Source of the DNA: Basidiobolus meristosporus CBS 931.73
Lineage: Eukaryota; Fungi; Basidiobolomycota
Assembly (NCBI GenBank): GCA_002104905.1
Contig: MCFE01000315.1
Span: 33,259-97,258, forward strand
Length of the DNA stretch: 64,000 bases
Direction of reading: 5' to 3'
In this document: piece by piece, positions 1-12,110 of the stretch
Layout of the letters: each line of letters opens with the position of its first letter
How positions within the stretch are numbered: position 1 is the stretch's first letter
Translations under genes and position numbers: made by a program
The notes under the pieces: generated by a model
What the model saw: the letters and a program-made list of their open reading frames with translations, nothing else
Database searches by the model: none
What the model was told of the DNA's origin: nothing

Positions 1-116
1 GTTTGGCTACAACAAAGCAATCATTCTAGGTGAGCTTGTAACTGAAAAAGGGAGATTGCCTGATCCTGCAAAACTTTCATTGACACTAAACTGGAAGCCA
101 ACTAGTAATATTCATC

Positions 117-848
117 AGACGTGTTCCATTGGATAGTGCCACATTGGGCCATGAGTGCCAAATGATGCCATAGTGTGCCAGGGAGGCTAAGTGAGCCTTT
201 ACTTGGCCACAGAGTGTGAAACATAGATCTGCATCTTCATGCAAAGCAGCCCCTGTGTTTCACCAATTGTGTTAGAGAAAATTCATTTTTTGACCTTTTT
301 TTTAGGTCAATGTTGTGCAGGATGTGTAGGAGCACAAAAGAATTGAAAATATGCATTTGGTACTCAATACCCATTGCACTCTGAATCTAGCTCCTGTGGC
401 TTGTAACATGTCACAACAATGCATGGCACTATCTTGATCCACTAGTACTATCTGGCACTTTAAGTGCTTTATATAGATCTTACTTTAGGGCTAATAATTA
501 AATATAGTGCCAGATGGTACCAGTGGACCAAGATAGCGCCATTCATTGTTGTGACATGTTACAAGCCACAGGAGCTAGATTCAGAGTGCCATGGGTATTG
601 AGTACCTGATGCATGTCCTCAGTTCTTCTGTGCTCTTACACATCCTGCATAGCATTGATCCACAAAAAACATCAAAAAATGGATTTTCTCCTGCATCATA
701 GGGGAAACACAGGGGCTGCTTTGCATGAAGATGCAGATCCATGTTTCACACTCTGTGGCCAAGTATAGGCTCACTTGGCCTCTCTGGCACACTATGGCAT
801 CATTTGGCACTCATGGCTCAATGTGGCACTATCCAACAGAACAAGTCT
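117..848. mobile_element. Foldback (long inverted-arm) MITE, copy 1, 732 bp, TSD ATC
   Basis: Ends AGAC(G)TGTTCC...GAACAAGTCT; ~340-bp inverted arms around a ~45-bp spacer; ATC at 114-116 and 849-851; the empty site restores the gypsy reading frame. Confidence 0.95.
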
Positions 849-851
849 ATC

Positions 852-1440
852 AAGTCAGACAACAATTAGGACTTGCTGGTCTATTCAGAATCTGGATCAA
901 GAACTATGCTCAAATTGCTAAGCCATTCACTAAGCTATTACAGAAAAACCAGAAATTTGAATGGCATGAAGAACAGGCAAATGCTGTGTTGACATTGCTT
1001 GAGTCATTATCAAAGCCACCTGTCTTAGCAGCTATAGACTACAGTGTTGTTGATTCACAACCAAGCATTGTATCAGTTGATAGCTCTGGAATTGGGGTTG
1101 GTGGAATCATGATTCAGGTTTCAAAAGAGCATCATTGAAAACCTTGCAAATATCTCAGTAGACTATTCAAAGGAAATGAGTTTAACTATCCATCTATCAA
1201 GAAAGAAGCACTGGGAGTACTCCATGTACTCAAAAAGCCAAAGCCATACTGATTAGGAGTACACTTCATGCTGGAGGTTGATGCCAAGCCATTATAGAAA
1301 TGTTGAATAAGTTGGAGCTTTTGCCTGATCCTATTCTAGCACAGTGGATATCATTCATCCCAATCTTTGACTTTACGCTGCAACACATACCAGGGGCCAA
1401 TTACAAAGGACCTGACGCCTTATCTAAAAAGCAATCAAAC
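852..1440 (+). pseudogene. pol: Gypsy A RT connection / RNase H fragment
   Basis: KPFTKLLQKNQKFEW, PPVLAAIDY, VDSSGIGVGG, HIPG..KGPDALS; contains stops and frameshifts. Confidence 0.85.
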
Positions 1441-1779
1441 TCACTGTCCTTAACTGATCCATATGAAAAATAATTTGGTCCTGCAGGTGGATCCAATCCA
1501 GATCATCCATCAAGAACCTGTTTAGAGACTGTCATAATAACAGCAGCTTGGAATTAGTGACCCTCCTGACAATCTTTTAACAAGATCATGATGGTGTTTT
1601 GCAAATTTTACAGCCAATAAAGGGATAAAACTTGACAATCTTTGATTGTTGCTGTGACAATATTCACATGGCATTGTTGCAGTCTTTCAGTGCTCTATTA
1701 CTATTTTGAGTGGATCCAGTTAGCCAGGACATCCAATTGCCTTATATGGCAAGAAACTTGATGGTATTTTGATGACCTC

Positions 1780-4500
1780 ACAGCAAGACCCTGATGGCAT
1801 TTTTTTGGCAGTATGAAGGCCTACTGCTGGTCTGTATAATGCAACCATACCCATTTACCAAATGGTATTTCCTTTTTCTACCTCCCCTTGTGCAACTCAT
1901 ATGTTCCACTGTAAAATCACCTTTCTTTGTTTGCTTACCCACTACTACCTTGGGTATTCCACATATAGTTTGAATCAAAAAAAACTATGGCCTCCTGCTT
2001 ACTAACCTCTACAAATGTGCACACCTGCTGCAATTGACATAATTCTATCACCTCAACTTTACAACTTTTTAGTGTGATACTTGCAAAGTTGCCATATACC
2101 TTGTACTGCTGATAGCATATACATCTTGCAAACATATGCTTGGTTGTTGCCACTTCTGCCATGGATACCTCCTGAACATTGGCAAAGAACTTCTTGGTAT
2201 ATAGCCAACAAGAAATCCGCCATATCTTGGTGGAGTTTTGCTGATAAAAATCAGTTGCTTGTTGCACCCAACCCAACTTTTCATTACTTGACTGATTATC
2301 CACACATTGGGGCTGCTTAGCTTCTTAATGCCATAGGCATAGGTGTCTCCATGTGCACATTTGTCCTCATTATTTTCCAACTCTTTCTGGCTGTCCTCCA
2401 TGTGCCAACTCTTCACATCCATGATGGACTTGAAGGTAATATTCTTGATGAGATTGGGATATGGTAGTACCTGCAACTTGACTCATCTTCCCATCTCCCC
2501 ACACATCCGCTCCATAGGAGACTCCCAAAAGGTGAAGCAAGGCCTGATATTCTCCACACATTATGCAAGATGGAATAGATAATGGATACAGTAGCAGCAG
2601 AAATCTATGAGCTCAGCCTAAGTTTGTAGGATAGCAACTCAAATCCCGTCACAAACCTCTCACACAACAGCTGTAGATGCGTCAAGTTGGCATTGGTGAT
2701 GTGCTTCTGCATAAATATTCATACAATGTCCACATATGACTCCCAATGCTTCCAATGTACTCTTAGCAGGAATGGCTTCAGAACACCACTTGAATAAATA
2801 CATATCCAGTTCATCCAGTCTTTGCATGTGCATTGTTGCATATGCATATGAATATTAATTGGAGCTTGTGAGAAGTACTTAGGGTAGCAGATACTCTGTA
2901 ATATCTTGCCAATTTTTTCAAATTTCTCTGGTATCTTGAAGGGCTCATTTAGCTTGAAATCCCCCATGTACAACTTGGTCATCAGTATAGGGATTTTGTT
3001 GAAAAGCAAATGCATTGCTTTCAGTGGTAAGCTTTTGCGCCAACAGATACCCTCTATCTTAAGTATCTATGGTTTGCAATTGATTTCATATTCTGACCAA
3101 TGGCTTATTACTTGCCAACTTTACTGCAATTGCCTGCTTACTTCTGTACATTCTCTCTGTGGAAAGATGATGTTCTTAGTTCTAGTGTTTGGGTAGTAAT
3201 AATAATGTGTGTGAGTTATGGAGTAAATCCCCTGGATCTCACACATTTGACAGCAATAATATCCTTTGTACCCAGAAAAACCTGCTATCTTGCTGATGGC
3301 TGGGGTATCTCCAATGCTGATAATAATATCTGCTTTTGCATCACTGCCATTTACCATTATCCTGCTGGAAAGTATACAAAATTCATCCAGCAATGAATAC
3401 AGGTAGCAATCCTGGTTGGACGGTGATTTAGGCCCAGATACCAGTAAGACTACCATCAGAGTATTACTCTGATACTGTAAAATGAGCAGTAGATTTAGGT
3501 TGATGAGAAACAGCAACCAGCAGGATTTGCTGGTAGAGTACTTGTTCAATGAAAGTCCATCAAGTGCTAAAGCAAAGGCATGGTCATACATACCTTCAAA
3601 GTTGCCCTTGCTTCTTAGCTGTTTGTAATGTTTGCCATCAAGTATACTGGATATGTTTGTGCTTGATTAATATTGAGTGCAGTACTGTATAGCTTTGCAG
3701 TATTTGTCGGACTGCATCAGTTCTCTCAGACAGGGTATGACCAGAGTATATCTGGAGTGTGAACAATGTTTTCCCTCAATGGTGGTGGATTCCTGACAAT
3801 TTGAACATGTTGCAATGTTAGCATTTTTGGATGTGAGTGCCATGCAAACTGTTAACACATGCTGGAATCATGACAGTTTCTGGTTCATATGTTGCCAGCC
3901 ACATGATAGTTGTCCACTTGTACCATGTACATGGTAAATTGCATCCCATTATGATTTTGGCAAGAAGTAGTAATAAATCCCCAAAGCCCCCATTATTGAT
4001 ATTAGTGGAAATGCACCACTTCTCAAGCCACAACATTAAATCATTCACCAGCAGATGGATTACTAGGCTCACTTGGCTCCATAAAGTATCCTTAGCATTT
4101 GTTTCAGTGGGTGTTGTCTCATTGCATATTGGGATTTGACCAGGCTCATACATGGTACTGTTGTTAGGGGAGATAGGCTTAAATCCATCAGTGAACCTTC
4201 TTTGTCAGAGATATAACTCTGTGTGCCATATTCAGAAGGCTTAGGTCAGTCTAAAGGCATCACAAACTCACCTGACTTAGTTGGTGCAAGGTGACAAAAA
4301 CAGCTAGGTGCCAATATAGAAGTATATACTGGCTGGCAAGATACTGTTGGTACAGTAGTGACCAATGAATGGTTAAATATGACTTGGGTGGCAAAATACT
4401 GGCTGTGATTCTTGTAATACTTCCTATGCTGTCTGCGTGCTTCATGACTGAGAGGCTTGCCACAATAGCCACATGGTTTTTTTGCTTCTCTTACAGCATT
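1780..4500 (-). pseudogene. Tnp2-family (CACTA) transposase, multiply disrupted
   Basis: N-terminal KPCGYCGKPLSHEARRQH, then FALALDG, SCW, VSGPKSP, IGDTPAISK.AGFSGYKGYYCCQMC and FWESPMERMCG, all typical of EnSpm Tnp2 proteins. Confidence 0.85.
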
Positions 4501-4809
4501 GAGTCAAAGTAGTCTTGTCCATGGGGCAAACAGTTTGACCTTCAACACATAATGCTATTGTATCACTTTTTGGTCAATACTTGTGTGAACTTAAGACAGT
4601 CTTGTATTTAAGACATTGCACCTACATCAATGTAAGATTCAATGATGACCCACCATAGTAAGCATTATAAATAAAGATGTGACACCACATACACATGTAT
4701 ATGTAACACTATTTCCCCTTTGATTTGACTCACTTCCATATATATACCACCAAGAAATAAAGCAAAGTTGTCTGGTTCTCAATCAAGCCCCACCACTGAT
4801 GGCAATAGA

Positions 4810-6300
4810 AGAATGGTTGGACAGCAGCTTGCTTTGACATTCAGTGCAACAAGCAGGGCTACATCCAAAAAAGACCCTGTGGACAGTTTGCCCATTGAAG
4901 GTAATAATGCGGACTATTAGAGCATGGGAGGGAGACAATATGGTGTTTATACCAAAGCCTAAAAATAAAAAGACATTGAAGATCTGTGAAGCCATTGAGT
5001 GCAATAATGAAGAGTGGGCTAATATGCAAGAGGCCATCAGAAGTCTAGCATGCCATCACCTTAAGGCTGGCATACCATGGGACCATCAGGAACTCAAGGC
5101 CAAGCAGAATGCACTTGACTTGTTCCATCAGCATTATCCTGGATTCAAACAGGCAAACAGATTTTGGGTCAGCATTGGTATGCTAAGAGAGTATCTTAAG
5201 AATAGCAGAAACTGTCAAAGGCAGAAGTACAAGGGTGCCATGGCTAAAAACAAGCAGCTTCCTCAAGAGCCCATTACAAGCGGGGCCAAAAAGCTCCAGA
5301 CAAGTGTCAAAGAGACGTCAGGCAGCCCAAAGAGTGCCAGTTAAGGACAAGCAGGCAGACATGGATGCACTAGAACAACATTTATCAAGGAAAAAGCGTA
5401 GTACCACTCAAGAAGCACTTAGTCAAAGTAGCAGTGAAGGACCTGGCAGTGATAAAACCACCTGCTTTTACAAGAGCCTGTCACAACTATGGTTGAGACT
5501 TCAAAACAAGCTTAAAAGAGATGTTAGGCAGCCTGAAGAGTGCCAGCAAGGTACAAGCTGGCCAAAACAGATGCGTTGGAGCAGAATTTATCCAGGAGAA
5601 AATGTGGTTCTTTACAAGAAGCACTCAGACAAAGTAGCAGTGAAAGACCTGGCCGTGATAAAGGAAAAGGTAAAGGGAAAAATGTCTACCTAAGCCTGAG
5701 ACAGGGAGGCATGCAAAAAAAACTGCAGTTCTTGTCAATTAATGCTGCAAGCCAGGAACAGACTGAATCCCATCATAGCCAAGAAGAATTACAAACAAGA
5801 AAACAGCTGTTTTCACAAGAGTTGGGAGCACAGCCAGTTGATCTACACTCCAGCAAGGTAGATGAGTTTGCTGAAAAAGGCAACTTGTCTACCACAGCAT
5901 CCATAGCCTCCACAGCCTCCATTGTTGACAGAGTGGAGATTGCACTGACAGAAAAGGCTACAATGTCAAGAGCTTGAAAGACTATCACCATGCCTTCAGT
6001 GGAGTTTTGGAACATTAGTAGGCTCACCAAAAGGTTGCAGCACTTCTTCAAGAGCAGTGCTCAAGAAAAAACACTGGAATATTGCAAGGATTTATTGCAA
6101 TGACTGGCAGATGAGGAGCTAGACCTTGCAGTGCTGGCTGAAGACCAGAATGTGTGGGAACTGGTGAACAAACAGTGGCATAAAGCCATTGGGTTCCTGC
6201 CAAAGTTGTGGAACCAGAGCGTTACAGCAGAAATACTTATTGAGTAGTGGATTTTAATGGAGTTACTTGTTGAGTGTGGGGTTGGGCTCAATGTTAGTGT
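4810..6300 (+). pseudogene. CACTA accessory ORF (low complexity, ~206-bp internal tandem duplication)
   Basis: WDHQELKAKQNALDLFHQHYPGFKQANRFWVSIGMLREYLK block and a repeated KQLPQEP...EALSQSSSEGPGSD unit; homologs at 19197-20765 (+) and 54595-55677 (-). Confidence 0.6.
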
Positions 6301-6646
6301 AGGGTATAGTGACTTGTATAGGTCAATACAAGTGGAAATTAAGGTACAAGTGAAGCTTCAACAAAATAAATCAATTTGCTTGCATGAAAGTAAGAGAAAC
6401 AATTGAGTCAGGAAGTAAGGAGTGTGAAAATAAGGCAACAGCCAATCAGTTCACAAATGTAGGAGGTAATAGAGTGTCCAGGATCAGAAAGTGAGCAAAT
6501 TGGCAGGGAACCAATCAAAAGCCACTTATAAATTGTTGTGATGAAAAATTTTGACCAAGTTTTTTGTGAAATCTGGGAGCAATTATTTTTCAACAGTGTC
6601 TGGATGGTGTCCTGACAAGGTCAGTACCTCTTAGTCATGGGACACT

Positions 6647-7358
6647 AGACTTGTTCTGTTGGATAGTGCCAAAAGATGCCATAGTGTGCCAGGGAGGCCA
6701 AATACACATATACTTGGCTACAAAGTGTGAAACATAAATCAGCATCTTCATGCAAATCACCCCCTATGTTTCACCCATAGTGTTGGAGAAAATCCATTTT
6801 TTGACCTTTTTTTTAGGTCAATGTTGTGCGGGATGTGTTAGAGCATAGAAGAACCAAAGACATGCATCAGGTACTCAATACCCATGGCACTCTGAATCTA
6901 ACTCCTGTGGCTTGTAACATGTCACAAAAATGCATGGCACTATCTTGGTCCACTGGTGCTATCTGTCACTATATTCAATCATTAGCCCTAAAGTAAGATC
7001 TATTCAAAGCGCTTATAGTGCTAGATAGTACCAGTGGACCAAGATAGTGCCATGCATTTTTGTGACATGTTACAAGCCACAGGAGTTAGATTTAGAGTGC
7101 CATGGGTATTGAGAACCTGATGCATGTCTTCAGTTCTTCTGTGCTCTTACACATCCTGCACAACATTGACCTAAAAAAATGTCAAAAACTGGATTTTTTC
7201 CAGCGTCATAGGTGAAACACAGGGGCTGCTTTGGACAAAGATGCATAGCTATGTCTCACACTCTGTGGCCAAGTATAGGTTCATTTGGCCTCCCTGGCAC
7301 ACTATGGCATCATTTGGCACTCATGGCTCAATGTGGCACTATCCAATGGAACAAGTCT
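6647..7358. mobile_element. Foldback MITE, copy 2, 712 bp
   Basis: AGACTTGTTC...GGAACAAGTCT; long inverted arms; flanks ACT / AAT (one mismatch). Confidence 0.93.
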
Positions 7359-7489
7359 AATAACTTTGTGATTTGTGGCCTTTTGACAGGATCATCTCAA
7401 TAATATGTCATAGCGGATGGTGATGAGATTGCTGAGTTTCTTGTATATACAAGTCTTGGATTCTCATTCAGACATAAGATACAAAGCAA

Positions 7490-8740
7490 TTATCAGCAAA
7501 TCAAGGAATTTCTTACATCACTCAAAGTTCCTGCTGATATTCTCATACATCAATGCACAAATTTTAAAAAGAAGGCTTTGAAGTTTATACTGCATGACTG
7601 CACACTTTTCAGAAGAAGAAAACATGGAGTTCCTTGATGGTATATACAAAACAAGCATGATCAAGAGTAGATCATTCCAGAATTGCATGTATCTGAATCA
7701 GGAGGTCATAAGGGAATTACATCAACATATACAAAAATCTCCTTACGGTATATTGGCCTACACTATACACCAACACAAAAGAATATGTGAAATCATGTAT
7801 TCCATGTCAAAGAAGAGACAACCAAAAGATGAATGAACCATTTCACAGTATTTACACATCTTATGCTTGGCAAATGGCACATGTAGAAATTATACAATTA
7901 CCAAAGGCAACAGCAGGGAATAAGTGTGTAGTGGACTGTTGTGATAGCTTTACTGGTTGGATAGAGGCTAGAATGCTGAAGCAAGCCAATGCAAAAGCAG
8001 TAGCAAGATTTCTTAAAGAAGATGTGTATCTCAGATATTGTTCAGTTGGTACCCTTATTGCAGAAAATGTAGAATGTGGATCTTATGAAATACAAAAACA
8101 AGCAATGAAGCATAGAACCAAGCTTGTACATACTACACCATACAACCTGCAAGCAAATTCACCAGTTGAATGTGGCCATTCCGCTTTTGCAAACACATTA
8201 GCAAATCTTAGCTATGAAGAACCCAACAAGTGGGCAAATAACTTTCATGCAGCAATTTGGGCTGATAGAGTTACGGTTAAAAGAAGTACAGGGTATAAAC
8301 CATTTCTTTTAATATATGGGCATGAAGCTGTTTTGCCAATAGACACTTCTTTTGAGAATTGGTGTACCCTCCCATGGAAAGCAACCATGACAACATCAGA
8401 GCTATTGCTAGCAAGAGTATAGCAGATCCAACAAGCACACACTCTGCAAAAGAATGCAATAGAAAACCTGAAGAAATCCAGAATGGCTGGCAAGGTGTAC
8501 TTTAACACCCAAAAATGCCTAAGAAAAACATTGCTAGAAGTGGGTGAATTGATACTACTTAACAGCACCAAGAGCCAAAGAAACAAGGCACCCAAGCTGG
8601 AAATGCAATGGTAAGGTCCCTACAAGATCATACATGCAAACAAAAATGGATCTTACAAACTAGCTGTACTTGACAGTACACCATTTACACTGGCCCAGCC
8701 TGGAAACAGACTGAAGAAGTTCCATATCAGATTAATAGTG
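7490..8740 (+). pseudogene. pol: Gypsy A integrase (degenerate)
   Basis: ORF 7787-8422: WQMAHVEI, DSFTGWIEAR, HTTPYNLQANSPVECGH, WADRVTVKRSTGYKPF; C-terminal GPYKI...GNRLKKF. Confidence 0.9.
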
Positions 8741-10501
8741 AGTGCATTATTTCTCAAAGTTAGGGGAGGCTTGTGGTAATGAAAAGTATTTCATTACTGC
8801 TATATCTCAAAATCAATATTGCACTCATTTCTTTATTTTGCTTTTTGCTATTGTAACACATAGTTGAAAGATCAAGAATTTACAATTTCAAAAGACAAAT
8901 AATCCAGACCCTGATAAGCAATCTATCCATGAATATTATGACCTACAGAACATGCAGTGGCCAACAAATGTTTCAAATTACAGCTCATTTGAAGCAGTAC
9001 TTAATGAGTTATGACCAAAAGAGTCCAACTATTGTATGTACTAGGTCTCTATTGCTAGCATTACTATGGTAACTTTGATTGCCTGTAACTTTTGAAACAG
9101 CATGACAAATCACATGAAACTTCCACAGATGCTGCGCTAATGTCTGAACTACGCCACTGCAAAAATTTAGCTTTGTACCACATGTATTGCTTGCGCATTG
9201 CCCAAATATTTTGATCCTTCAGAAATATCATTTATATGACTTCCCCAGCTGAAAAACCAAGGAGAGACTCTCTTCCCAGAGCCTCCACACAACAATTACA
9301 AGCTTAAAGGTTATGAGACTTCCCCTGCATCACTTGCACTGTTGAGTATTCTGACATTGATTGGTACTACATCAATAGAGAGACTGAAAAGCTCACAAGA
9401 GCCCAATCTAAGTTCTACAAGAAACTACCACTTTGCTGTCGGAAAAGTCCCCTCTAAGAAACCCCTTTACTTGGAAGACACCCCTTGAGTCTAAAGGCCC
9501 ATTCAGAGACTCCTTTGAGAAGCCCCTTTCTTTAAAGAAGCCCCTTTAGGCACCCCTTTAGTATAAAGTCCACATTAGAGACAACTACCAGAAGCCCCTT
9601 TGCACTCAAGACACTCCTTTAGGTCTAAATAACCGTTTAGAGACTTCTATAACACACCTCTTTAGGTGAAAGGGGAGCTCAGAATTTCCATATCAGGAAA
9701 TATTTGCTCAGAAAGGAAAGTAACTTCCAAATAAGGAAAAGCCACTATGAAGTTAATAGACTTGTTCCATTGTACCGTGCCAGGGCGTGCGGCGCAATCC
9801 GCGGTTGCAAAGAACAATCGGGCGCAATATTATAGCTACCAGAAGGCAGGATTGTTCTTGGATGATTTTGCACTATGCGGGACAATCTCGCACACTATGG
9901 CACAATCTGACACAATGAGGTTGGCGCGGATGATTGCGCCCACTTGTAATGTTTGCATCACGTGCGCAATTGGATACCGCTATAATGGCAGGTAAAACCC
10001 GGTATTTGGATATGTTTCTTTAATGTAAATGGAAATAAATGTGTATCACACTATAAACTACACTGATACTTACCATTTTGGTTACCCTCACTCCAATTGG
10101 ACGGTATCTCAGTGGTTAATTGGTCCAAAAGTATCCTGAAACTGGCAGCCCCCAATTGGCTCATTGACTACTGAAAAAGCTACTTGATTTGCCATTAAAT
10201 ATCCCATTTTGCCCATTGAGCAAGTAAATCCCTGATCCTAGTGATTGGACAAGGTGTCATAGCTAGCACTCAAGCGATTGTGTAGGTACAAAACAGATCC
10301 AATAGCTGCACTGGTAGTACAGATGACGTATGTATATGCAGGGTGTTTATTTATAGGGGTTCTGTCTCAAATGTGAGACAACCTTGATATTACTTATATC
10401 AAAAATTTGATGATCACTGATTTGCGATGGCTCCATTCGGATTGCCAAAAAAAAAGGGTTGTCGGGATCATTACAAATGTGAGCGATTCAAAGCGATCGC
10501 A

Positions 10502-11751
10502 TCATCTTCTCCTGGGTTTTTTTCTCACAGAAATTACTACTGAAGCATTTGGTAGTGACTCACTTTGCACACCTATACTACTTCCTGGCTGACTATCATC
10601 TTGGCTACTTGTGTATTTGTAGTCAGTATTTTGCCTCCTAGTTGATGAGTGCAATGCTGCAGCTTGGCCGCGCCGAATCGCTCCAACTGAACCAACTGAA
10701 CTGGCCTGTAGTGCCACGCGCTGATGCGTTCTTTTACTTGCCAAGGGCTCCGGTGGTTGAGGCACTTCATGTTGGTCATCATCAGTCAGTTCACCAGAAG
10801 TAACTCGCTGATGGTCAGGCGAGACGGCACGCGCAGGCGCGCCTTGACGCGTTGAGATGGCCCTTGGCTGAGTTTGATGTGATGCCGCATGTTGACGCGA
10901 CTCGGTCCGCTCCAATGGACTTGTGTCTAAATGACCAGTTTGGTGAGTTCTTGTAGTTTTGCTCTGAAGCGCGTGCGTTGACCCAACGCGGGTTGACTCA
11001 ATGCACGTTGACTTGACGTGGGGCGTTCTGGTAAAGGGTGTTGGCGTACTCTGGACTGATGTGCGCCGGCGCGCTGTGGTTGCAAGAGATGGTAGGGAAT
11101 CCAGCAAGGCGTGCTGGCGCAATCTGGACGATGTTGCTTGCGGTCTGTATTCTTCCTCCTGAGGCTCACCATCTGATTCCTCAAGGTATTCACTTACCCT
11201 CTGTCTGATACTTTGGAGCTGTTGCCTGGATGAGTCCTGTGTATATTGCTCTCAGAAGCCACTTAGCTCTACTAATATATCACGTAGTACATTAGTCATT
11301 TGAGGCAAAATTTCTTTGGTTCCCAAAGTTGAGGCACAAACGGCCGCATCCGGCCCGTACTGTGCAAATTGCGCGCAAAATTGTTCCCGCGCGGCTTCTT
11401 TGTCAAATCCCTCACTCTCAGCTCATTCTTGATTTCAATACTTGTCTTGTTATATATCTTTTTACATACATTGGCTGGCATCTTTATGTAGAACTCATGC
11501 CACAGCTTTCTACTCAAATTCTTCCATCTTTGTCAACTCTCTGAGGTATCTAGTTCTGCTAGATTAATCAGTAGTGCCCAAATATCTGTATGAAGGCTCA
11601 TCATAGACACTTGTGCCATACTAAAATCATTTGGCGAGAAATCAAACGGATCTGACATCGACTTTTCTGGTCCGGACCACGCTTGTGAGCTGGGGGATGG
11701 GTTTTGTCTGGGTTGTACTAAAGATGAGTTGAGGCTTGGTATGGGGACCAT
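10502..11751 (-). pseudogene. PHIS ORF2 (~415-420 aa reconstructed): putative Myb/SANT-MADF-like N-terminus, S/T/R/Q-rich tail, C-terminal NLS-like RKKPRRR
   Basis: Four copies can be merged into one frame. W-S-G-P-E-K and IW...RWKNL spacing resembles Myb/MADF (weak, by eye). This copy has two stops (one clearly CGA->TGA) and a small deletion. Confidence 0.65.
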
Positions 11752-12110
11752 AGCAACAGATTTGGATACTTATACAGCAGTATATTGGCATCAACCTGGT
11801 CTTATATGAAATATATATGAAAACTAAAGTGATTGTTGAATTTTCCATACATTATGCATGATGCATCTTGGATTGTGTTGACACGGATCAGATCACATCA
11901 ATCGCAGATTTCCTATTTGATTATAGACCTAGGATTAAACCATCAATAAAAGTACCAAGGCATTGTTTGCGGATGATTTTTGCGACATAATGATGGGATA
12001 CATGGCAATTGATGGAGATTTAACCAAAATGTGTTAAAAATCAGATAAATAACGCAGATCACGCCGAATCGATTCAAACCACCTCCATACAATCATCCAT
12101 CAATTTTAAT

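Larger units (their letters stand above)
1442..6598 (-). mobile_element. CACTA/EnSpm-type DNA transposon, copy 1 (Tnp2 transposase on -, accessory ORF on +)
   Basis: Tnp2 motifs (see next feature). Right end CAACAGTG is CACTG on the - strand. The left boundary is uncertain: CACTGT at 1442 matches only 6 bp and the flanks ACT/TCT differ. Confidence 0.7.

Noticed and set aside
117-848. TGCCA-spaced repeats as a CRISPR array, or the palindrome as an rRNA/miRNA locus
   Set aside because: The repeats are 5-6 bp with 4-5 bp spacers, there are no cas genes, and TIRs with TSDs identify a transposon. Hairpin-derived siRNA is possible, but there is no evidence for it here.
725-1138. ORFs starting in MITE arms (MKMQIHVSHSVAKYR..., also 7212, 19875, 20377, 63086, 63417, 63568)
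   Set aside because: They recur only because the non-coding arm recurs, and they run into unrelated host-element frames with differing stops.
1442-1460. CACTGT as the proven left TIR of the CACTA element
   Set aside because: Only 6 bp match the right end, the flanks ACT/TCT differ, and removing the insert does not cleanly restore the gypsy frame.
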